Shown piece by piece: positions 56,417 through 64,000 of a stretch of DNA of 64,000 bases. The stretch is taken from positions 32,001-96,000 of IMG/VR virus record IMGVR_UViG_3300042907_001596. One strand, given 5' to 3'. The translations under genes were made by a program, and so were the position numbers. Origin of the DNA: a virus. Numbering within the stretch: position 1 is the stretch's first letter; each line of letters opens with the position of its first letter. The notes beneath the pieces were generated by a model, which saw only the letters and a list, made by a program, of their open reading frames with translations, did no database searches and was not told the origin of the DNA.

Positions 56417-59400
56417 ATGCCGCCGACAATCTTGAAACGGAACCTGGAGTTCCACTTTCCGCGAGCGGTGTCGGCTGTCGGCCAACTTCCGCAGACGCTG
56501 GAGGTGGTCGTCGTTCCGCTGTCCGACCCTTCGGGGCCGGATCAGGGCACCTACGTTGGTGGACTACAGCGGCAGACGGTGCTGCTGGACGACGACGATA
56601 ACGTCCTCGTCTTCTCCCTCGTCCCTACCGCTTCGCCGCAACTGCTCGCCCCCGTCAGGTATCGGGTGGCCTGGCGCGACGGCGGCGTCGTCGGGCGCAC
56701 CTACACCTACGACTTCGCTATGCCGGATGCTGATACCCGGTTTGACGAACTAGGCGACCTGGGCCAGATCATCGGTGGGGAAGCCTACCTCCAGCAGACC
56801 GACCTGGGTGTCCCCGGCCGGGTGGCCCGCCTCAACTCCTCCGGTATCCCGATCACCTCCACCGGTGTCGCCTTGGCGACTTCGGCGTCGGTCACCTCGC
56901 TGTCTACCAGCCTGACGGCTGAAACCACCGCCCGCACTTCCGGCGACACCAACACCTTGGCGACGGCCAACGCCTACACCAACCAGCAGACCAGCGCACT
57001 GTCCTCGACGCTCACCGCCAGCCAAAGCGCTTTATCGACCTCGCTGAACACAGCGATCACCAACGAAAGTGCCGCCCGCGCCACCGCCGTCGCCGCCGAA
57101 ATCACCGCCCGCACCGCCGCCGACACCGCGCTGGGGTACCGCATTGACGCGCTGGACGCCACCATCACCGGCGACACCTCCACCCTCGACAACAAAGCCG
57201 ACCTGGACGCTTCCGGCCGTGTCCCGATCAGCCAGATCCCCCGCGAAGCCATCACCAGCGCCGTCAGTGTGGCCAACCAAGCGGAGATGCTGGCGCTGAC
57301 CACCGAGCAGGTGCAGCCCGGTGACCTTGCGGTGCGCCCCGACGGTGTGTACGGGCTGTTCTCCACCAACCCGGCGGTGCTCAGCAACTGGGTGCCGCTG
57401 AGCAAAATCAGTTCCGTCAACGGTTACCAAGGCGAGATCAACCTGACCGCCGCCGACGTAGGGGCTATCCCCATCGGATCGTCCATTCCCGTCAGTCAAG
57501 TCATCGGACTCCAGACGGCGCTAGATGCGAAGGCGTCCACGACACAACTGTCGTCGCTGACTACGACCGTCAACGCATTGCAGAACGACTCCACCGTCGT
57601 CCGCACCGTCAGCGGCACCATCCCGCCGACGCTGCTGGGCACGACGGTGGCGTACATTGACGGCAGCAACAACGTCGTCAACAAAGCCGGAACGATCATT
57701 GCGGCCGGAACCGGCAACGTCGCGTCCGTCAACGGCCTCACCGGTGCGATCACGCTGACGGCCACGAACGTCGGGGCCATCGCCACCGGCTCCGCCCTGC
57801 CGATCAGTCAGATCACCGGCCTTCAGACCGCGTTGGACGCCAAAGTCGGCACCTCCGACTCCCGGCTGACCAACAGCCGCACCCCGACGGCCCACGCCGC
57901 CAGCCACGCCTCCGGCGGCTCCGACGCCCTCACGCTGGCCGTTACCCAGATCACCGGCCTCCAGACCGCGTTGGACGCCAAGACCGCCGCCACCGCGACC
58001 ACCGCCCTCACCAACCGGGTGTCGACACTGGAAACGCAGGTGACCAACCTGACCTCCGGCGGCGGCGGATCCCCGGTCAGCAAGGACGTGTGGTGGGATT
58101 CCGCCAGCATCGTGTCCGGCCAGACCACCGCCCCGGCGTTCAAAACCGCCGGGGTGCGACTGAAGTCGCCGTTCGGCAAAGCCGCCAGCGGACAGTTCTA
58201 CATCGACCCGGCCGGGGCGGCGGAGAACGAAACCCTCTGGCCGTACATCACCCCGATGGGCCACCTGGAGCTACGCAAGTGGGATGAGACGGCCGGGGCG
58301 GATGTCGTCTACGCCCCGCAGGCCGCGCTGGACGCCACTAACACCACCGTTAACCTCAAAGCCAGCAAGGTCGACCTGGCGCTGGTCGACACCGCCGTCC
58401 GCGCCAAAGCCAACCAGGCCGACCTGGAGGCGATGCAGGCCGCGCTGGCAGCCAAAGCGACCGTCATTTCCGTCAACGCTCTGTCTACCGCAATCACCGG
58501 CCTGGCGACCCAGGCTTCCGTCAACGCTTTGACGACGACCGTCACGAACAAAGCCAGCACCGCCGAGGTCAACACTTTGACAACCACGGTGGCCACCAAG
58601 GCGTCGCAAGCCGAACTGGACACGGCGAAGGCCGCGATCGTCACCCTCAACACCGCGCTCACCAACAAAGCCGACCTGATCACCGTCGGTGTGGACAAGA
58701 AGATCCCGCTAGCCCAGATCCCCATCGGCATCCCGGTGTCGTCCGTCAACGGTCTTACTGAAGCCCTCGTCGCCAAGGCATCGCTGGTGAGCGGCAAAAT
58801 CTTGGTCGACCAGATCCCCACTTTGCCGATCAGCCAGATCACCGATTTGCAAACCACCCTCGACGGCAAAGCCTCGCTGGTCAACGGCAAGCTGGCGAGC
58901 AGCCAGATCCCGGCCATCGCGACCCACGAGACGTTCGCGGTGGCCTCCAGGGCAGCCATGATGGGCCTCAGTAGCTCGCAGGTGCAGATCGGTGACCAGT
59001 GCATCATCACCAGCGGCACCGACGCGGGAACCTACACCCTTATCGCGAGTGACCCGTCGCAGTTCGGCAACTGGCTGTACAACACGGTGCGCGGCACGGT
59101 GTCGTCGGTCAACACCCAGACCGGTGCCGTCAACCTGACCGCCGACAACGTCAACGCCTGGTCGAAAGACAGCCTCATCCCGATTGCCAGCATCAACGGG
59201 CTGACCGGGCGACTCGACGGCTTGGCGACGACCAGCGCACTGACCACCGGCCTGGCCGACAAGCAGTCAGCCGAAGGGGTGCGCAGCATCATTTCCGGCA
59301 GCCCGCAGATCAAGCAGGCAGCCGATTACGTCGCTACCACCGCCGTCGGAACCCTCAGCGGTGCGCAGACCATCGACGGCGTCTCCACCGTTCCCGGTAA

Positions 59401-59965
59401 GGTTGTCTTGCTGACCGCCCAGGTCGACCCGATCGCTAACGGGGTGTATGTCACCGGCACCAGTGCGTGGACGCGGGCCACCGATATGTCGACCGGATCC
59501 TATCTGGTGCGCGGCACCATCGTGAACGTCACCGGCGGGTCGGTGTTCGCCAACACCGTCTGGCAAGTCACCTCCGCGTCCGGTGTGGTCGGCACGAACG
59601 TCACCAACTGGGTCAAGGTGCTTCAGTCCGGCACCGGCGGGGCGTACACCGCCGGGAATGGTGTAGCACTGACTGCCGGAGCTTTCTCCGCCAAACCCGA
59701 CCGGGGCATCACTGTCGGGCCGTCGGGCATCGCCACCAACCCGGCCGTCGTCGCCCACAAGTTCATCGGGGACATCCCCGGCGGCTCGACGGTCTGTTCG
59801 GTCAACCATGGACTGAACACCCAATGGCCGCTAGTGCAGGTGATCTCCGTAGCCTCCGGTGCCGCCGTTCTCGTCGGGTGGACAGTCACCGGCCCCAACA
59901 CCGTCTCCTTTGAGTTCGCCACCACGCCGCAGTCCGGCCAGTGGAAGGTCGTCGTCCTTGGCTAG
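56417..59965 (+). CDS. long tail fibre / virion structural protein
   Basis: T/A/S-rich; repeats QITGLQTALDAK, SVNGxTGxxxLTA, KAxLVxGK; C-terminal HGLNT. Confidence 0.75.
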   Translation: MPPTILKRNLEFHFPRAVSAVGQLPQTLEVVVVPLSDPSGPDQGTYVGGLQRQTVLLDDDDNVLVFSLVPTASPQLLAPVRYRVAWRDGGVVGRTYTYDFAMPDADTRFDELGDLGQIIGGEAYLQQTDLGVPGRVARLNSSGIPITSTGVALATSASVTSLSTSLTAETTARTSGDTNTLATANAYTNQQTSALSSTLTASQSALSTSLNTAITNESAARATAVAAEITARTAADTALGYRIDALDATITGDTSTLDNKADLDASGRVPISQIPREAITSAVSVANQAEMLALTTEQVQPGDLAVRPDGVYGLFSTNPAVLSNWVPLSKISSVNGYQGEINLTAADVGAIPIGSSIPVSQVIGLQTALDAKASTTQLSSLTTTVNALQNDSTVVRTVSGTIPPTLLGTTVAYIDGSNNVVNKAGTIIAAGTGNVASVNGLTGAITLTATNVGAIATGSALPISQITGLQTALDAKVGTSDSRLTNSRTPTAHAASHASGGSDALTLAVTQITGLQTALDAKTAATATTALTNRVSTLETQVTNLTSGGGGSPVSKDVWWDSASIVSGQTTAPAFKTAGVRLKSPFGKAASGQFYIDPAGAAENETLWPYITPMGHLELRKWDETAGADVVYAPQAALDATNTTVNLKASKVDLALVDTAVRAKANQADLEAMQAALAAKATVISVNALSTAITGLATQASVNALTTTVTNKASTAEVNTLTTTVATKASQAELDTAKAAIVTLNTALTNKADLITVGVDKKIPLAQIPIGIPVSSVNGLTEALVAKASLVSGKILVDQIPTLPISQITDLQTTLDGKASLVNGKLASSQIPAIATHETFAVASRAAMMGLSSSQVQIGDQCIITSGTDAGTYTLIASDPSQFGNWLYNTVRGTVSSVNTQTGAVNLTADNVNAWSKDSLIPIASINGLTGRLDGLATTSALTTGLADKQSAEGVRSIISGSPQIKQAADYVATTAVGTLSGAQTIDGVSTVPGKVVLLTAQVDPIANGVYVTGTSAWTRATDMSTGSYLVRGTIVNVTGGSVFANTVWQVTSASGVVGTNVTNWVKVLQSGTGGAYTAGNGVALTAGAFSAKPDRGITVGPSGIATNPAVVAHKFIGDIPGGSTVCSVNHGLNTQWPLVQVISVASGAAVLVGWTVTGPNTVSFEFATTPQSGQWKVVVLG

Positions 59966-61292
59966 CTACACTGCCGCCGCCACGCTGGCTGTCACGGCGG
60001 GCAGGATCACCGACACCTATCCCACCGCGAAGATCGCGGTACGTTCCGCCAACCCCGCGCTGGCGGTGACAGCAACGCCGACCGCTATCGACGTGTCGAC
60101 GGCAAACATCTTGCGATTCGTCGGGCCGTCGGCATCCGGCGATAACGATCTGATCACGCAAGGAAACTTGCTGGCTTTGCTGCCCGACACCGTCGATGTG
60201 CCGCAAGCGCAGACACTGATCAACGCCGCTTTGGCGACGTACGCCGACGACACTTACGTCGACACCCGCGATGCGCTGCTGGCCACCTCCGAATACATCG
60301 ACACCGCCGACGCCACCCGACTGGCCAAAGCTAACCTCAACAAGCCGGGTTTTCCGTTCACACTGGACTCCGCCGGGAAAGTACCGGCATCACTGGCTGC
60401 AAGCCTGCAACGCTATCCCCGCACTGCGATGATTGCCACCACCGGCTCCGGCTCCACCACGTCGGAGACGACGATCGGCAGCCTCATCCCCATCCCCGAC
60501 CCCGGCTACAACTACAAGCTGATGGTCACCGGCACAGTGCATGCCCAGATCAACCGGGACAACGGGGAGTACCCGAAGATCGTGGCCGTCCGCGCCGACA
60601 ACACTGTCGTCGGCATCGGCTACGGCATCGCGGAAGGCTACCAAACCCCAGTACCAGACGGTCAATCCAGCCAGATCTACCTGGCCACCGCCGTCACGCT
60701 GGACGCCAACAACACCTGGACAAACCTTCCGAACTGGACTCCGGTCAGCACCGGGATCTACACCGCCTCCCTCAGCGGCAACGGCATTTTGGTGAACAAA
60801 ACCATGAAAGCTGCGACAATCTCCGCGTCGCTGGCCTTTACCGGCGCGGCAGCCCCGCTGGGCGGAGCGACTGCCTCGCAGATCCGCATCGTCAACGTGT
60901 CTACCCAAACCATCGTGGCGACCTCCGCCGCCGTTACCGCCGCCAGCGGCACCGCCACGGTCACTGCGACTATCGCCCCCCTCGCCGGACAGGTGTACGT
61001 CGTGCAGGCGTTGACCAGAAACTCCGGCACGCTCTACAACCCCACCCTCAACGCCGGGAGCCTAGCCACCTGGACGGCAGGCTCGACAAGAACCCTGACC
61101 ATCACTGCCGCCACCGCGACCGGGCAGACCTCCTCCGATATCCCGATCATCCCGCAGATCACCAACCAGTCCACGATCGCCGCCGGAACCTCCACGACCG
61201 TGTCGCTGCGCATCCAGAACCCCGCCTCCGGCGGCACCGTGTCCACCGTCAACTACAGCCCGTATCTGTGGGTTGTCCCGATTCCGGCATAG
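59958..61292 (+). CDS. minor tail / structural protein
   Basis: TTG overlapping upstream stop; T/A-rich beta sequence. Confidence 0.65.
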   Translation: MASYTAAATLAVTAGRITDTYPTAKIAVRSANPALAVTATPTAIDVSTANILRFVGPSASGDNDLITQGNLLALLPDTVDVPQAQTLINAALATYADDTYVDTRDALLATSEYIDTADATRLAKANLNKPGFPFTLDSAGKVPASLAASLQRYPRTAMIATTGSGSTTSETTIGSLIPIPDPGYNYKLMVTGTVHAQINRDNGEYPKIVAVRADNTVVGIGYGIAEGYQTPVPDGQSSQIYLATAVTLDANNTWTNLPNWTPVSTGIYTASLSGNGILVNKTMKAATISASLAFTGAAAPLGGATASQIRIVNVSTQTIVATSAAVTAASGTATVTATIAPLAGQVYVVQALTRNSGTLYNPTLNAGSLATWTAGSTRTLTITAATATGQTSSDIPIIPQITNQSTIAAGTSTTVSLRIQNPASGGTVSTVNYSPYLWVVPIPA

Positions 61293-61295
61293 ACC

Positions 61296-63530
61296 ATGGA
61301 CGCACCGACAAGGAAGATGTACCGGGGGCTGAGGCTGAACAACCTCCCGCCGGAACTGCTGGAACACGTTAAGCGGCACACGCGCATGCCGTACGACGAG
61401 TCTGAGGTCGGCCAGCACTTCAAGATCGGCCCCGTCCTGCTCGACCACATTGAGAACAGCCACCACGACCCCGAACTCAGCCTGGGTCAGAACTGGACGA
61501 TCAACAGGGACTTCGCGGGGAAAGCCGGATGCTCGCAGACCGGCCCCTGCCAGCTAGGCGTGGTACTAGAAGCTGACATCCCGACCGACGAGCACAGCTT
61601 CGACCCCAAGAATAGGGGGCAGAACCCCGGCACAATGCAGTCAGAGCAGCAGGTCACCATCCTGCCGGATGTGCCGCTGAACATCACCGGACTCAAGCTG
61701 GTGGGGTATGGCAACGGTGGCCCCGGCGGACACGATCTAGAAGTCCTCAACGACCCCCGCTATGTCACCCGCCAAAAAGAGTTCCCCAGTGTCGCCCAGT
61801 TCCATTCCGGCCCGCAGATTCGGATCGCCTACCTCCGCAACAAGACCGCTGCACGCGGCGTCCCCGGCTACAACCTGGACGACTGCGAGCCGTCCGGTCG
61901 CTACCTGACCGCCGACACCATCCCCAACCAGCCCGCCCCCGCCGGGTGGGAGCGCGGCACCGTATCTTTCGTCAACCCGCTGCGCTTAGAGCATCTGCAC
62001 GGCGGCTGGCGGCAGGCGCTGTCGGCGCACTACGACGGGCGCACCGGGAAGGAACTCACCGCCAGCCTGGTGGCCGACGGCTACGACGGCATCATCACCG
62101 CCGACCATCACGGCTACGGCGAGATCGTCGCGTTCAGCCCGCCGACCTACAAGAAGCTGGATCTGAAGATCCGCTACCCCGAAACCATCAGGGATCCGCA
62201 GAAGGACACCAGCGACTACAACTTCACCGGCAGCCCCGAAACGCAGTACCACCACCGGGCGCTGGACGACGACGACTTAGAAGACATCGACACCCGCAAA
62301 GACAGCGCAGATGACTGGTATGCCGAGATGGCGACCCGCCGCGCCCAAGGGCTGCCGGAGATCGACTGGAACACCTGGATCAACAAGCGGATCTCGTATC
62401 GTCTCGCCATGGCGTGGGATGAGTGGGCACCGAAGGTTAAAGGCGGCTGTCTGCTGGACGGTTGCTACTGGGACAAAAATGGTGGCAACGACAGTCGCTA
62501 CACCATCCCCCAGGCCGGTGCGTTCCTCCATTACAGTCACGGACAGCGGTGGGGCAAGCCTGCACTGAACGTCATCGGCATCTACACCCACCCCGACAAC
62601 CGCAACGACGGCGTAGCCGAAGCGTTGATGCGGCGGCTCGCCGAAGACCATCCCGGCGTCCACATCGACACCGGCTACATGACACCCGACGGCCAACGCT
62701 TCCACGACCGTGTGCTGGAGAAGGAGCCGTCTGCGCGGGAACTCGTGACAGCCGTGCGGTTGGCCATGGCCTGGGATGAGTGGAAAGACAAGATTCAGCA
62801 CCATGAATATGGCGATGACTTTCTTCAAGGAACAGACAACACTGGAACGTACAAGATTGACCACGGCCCAGACCCCGATGAGCCAGACTTTACGCATGAG
62901 TCATGGCTCAATTACGGATGGGGCCGGGACGACAATGGAGAGCCAGTATTAGATATTCACGATTTAGGTACTGCCGCGCCATTTCGTAATCGTGGAGTAG
63001 CTGAAGCACTGATGCGAAGGCTACATCAAGATAACCCAGGTATCCGAATTAACCCCGGCGGCATGACCGATATGGGCCAAGCCTTCCATGACCGGATGCT
63101 GGAGAAGGAACCCGACGCCCGCGCTTTGGTCACCGCCGCTTCCCTGCTCGTCGGGCCGTATGACGCTTACGACGAAAACGACTGGTTCCAACGCCATATG
63201 GATCATCCGCCCCTGGAGAACCCCGACACCGCCGACTGGTACCACGTCTCGCCGCACCGCATGCAGGTCGGCACCATCCTGGCCCCGATGCGCGGCGAAA
63301 CACCGTGGGATGACGAACCGTACGACAACGGCTTGCAGAACCGGGCCAACTGGGTGTGGATCGAATACGACGAGCGCAAAGCCCGCGAGTGGCAGCAGTG
63401 GGTTCTCAAGCACCAGCCGCAATGCCACCTCTACCGGGTGCAACCCCACCTTGGCCCGTTCGCCTGGAACGGTACCGCCGACGAAGGCTGGGTCACCGAC
63501 TGGGCCGAGATCCTTGAGGAAATGACCTGA
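61296..63530 (+). CDS. polyvalent protein D (ART-like modules, 2 GNAT, Arr-like ART)
   Basis: YRG..WT..E; GYDGII..EIV; two RNxGVAEALMRRL; WYHVS..WVW..LYRVQP..WNG. Confidence 0.8.
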   Translation: MDAPTRKMYRGLRLNNLPPELLEHVKRHTRMPYDESEVGQHFKIGPVLLDHIENSHHDPELSLGQNWTINRDFAGKAGCSQTGPCQLGVVLEADIPTDEHSFDPKNRGQNPGTMQSEQQVTILPDVPLNITGLKLVGYGNGGPGGHDLEVLNDPRYVTRQKEFPSVAQFHSGPQIRIAYLRNKTAARGVPGYNLDDCEPSGRYLTADTIPNQPAPAGWERGTVSFVNPLRLEHLHGGWRQALSAHYDGRTGKELTASLVADGYDGIITADHHGYGEIVAFSPPTYKKLDLKIRYPETIRDPQKDTSDYNFTGSPETQYHHRALDDDDLEDIDTRKDSADDWYAEMATRRAQGLPEIDWNTWINKRISYRLAMAWDEWAPKVKGGCLLDGCYWDKNGGNDSRYTIPQAGAFLHYSHGQRWGKPALNVIGIYTHPDNRNDGVAEALMRRLAEDHPGVHIDTGYMTPDGQRFHDRVLEKEPSARELVTAVRLAMAWDEWKDKIQHHEYGDDFLQGTDNTGTYKIDHGPDPDEPDFTHESWLNYGWGRDDNGEPVLDIHDLGTAAPFRNRGVAEALMRRLHQDNPGIRINPGGMTDMGQAFHDRMLEKEPDARALVTAASLLVGPYDAYDENDWFQRHMDHPPLENPDTADWYHVSPHRMQVGTILAPMRGETPWDDEPYDNGLQNRANWVWIEYDERKAREWQQWVLKHQPQCHLYRVQPHLGPFAWNGTADEGWVTDWAEILEEMT

Positions 63531-63531
63531 C

Positions 63532-64000
63532 ATGGCCGTCACTTACGATTCGGTCGGCGGCGGAGTCGCAACCACCAGGGGCGTCACCTCCACGTCGTGG
63601 CAGCACGTCATGGGCGTCTCCGCGACCGCACTCATCGTTGCCGTCAACTTCTCCGGCTCCAGCAACGTCAACAACTCTTTGACTCGCACCGTGAAGGTTG
63701 GCACGAAAACCTTGACCCCACTAGGGTCGATCATCAACCGCTACAACCTCTTCTTCGCCCCGGTGGGCTGGATTGAACTGTTCGGCATCATCGGCCCGCC
63801 GACGGGAGTGCAGAGTATCTTCGTCACCTGCTCCGCTTCCGAGCAGATCACCGCGAACTCCGTTGCCTACAACGGCGCATCAGCGTTCGGTGCTTTTGCC
63901 GGAGGCGTCAACCTGGCGGGCACTGGACAGACGTTGCCGTCCGTCACCGGCCCCACTAAGGGCATGGTGGTAGCGGCGTTCGGGGTGACTTCCAATAGGA
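63532..64000 (+). CDS. minor tail protein-like (partial, runs off window)
   Basis: ATG 63532 MAVTYDSVGGG...; no stop seen before the end. Confidence 0.6.
   Translation, partial: MAVTYDSVGGGVATTRGVTSTSWQHVMGVSATALIVAVNFSGSSNVNNSLTRTVKVGTKTLTPLGSIINRYNLFFAPVGWIELFGIIGPPTGVQSIFVTCSASEQITANSVAYNGASAFGAFAGGVNLAGTGQTLPSVTGPTKGMVVAAFGVTSNR

Overview
This 64 kb, high-GC window is a segment of a large actinobacteriophage; all credible genes are on the + strand. The gene order resembles large mycobacterial/Rhodococcus myoviruses such as cluster C (from recall, not a search). 2-14 kb is a replication/recombination block: DnaC-like loader, DnaB helicase, primase, J-domain protein, SSB, DnaE, RecA, resolvase, Cas4-like nuclease and Endo VII. 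14-30 kb holds a sigma region-4 protein, a DUF932 protein, three glycosyltransferases, a papain-like protease and many small genes. Between 25 and 55 kb, small-gene cassettes follow 19 copies of an ECF-type promoter (GGAAT-N17-CGTT), whose -35 box often supplies the upstream stop codon. These cassettes include Ku, a HAD phosphatase and a ~345-nt structured ncRNA closed by a 26-bp stem. Four very large modular 'polyvalent' proteins are built from GNAT acetyltransferase, Arr-like ADP-ribosyltransferase and an unrecognised repeated domain. Their modules are joined at [RK]-x-A|M-P-like junctions, and three share an N-terminal tag, so they may be capsid-packaged, protease-processed effector polyproteins. 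A second promoter class (CTGT-N21-GAA) precedes two of these proteins and the tail-fibre gene. The window ends with a secreted Rpf, a secreted M15-like peptidase and tail genes. All calls are by eye; no searches were run.
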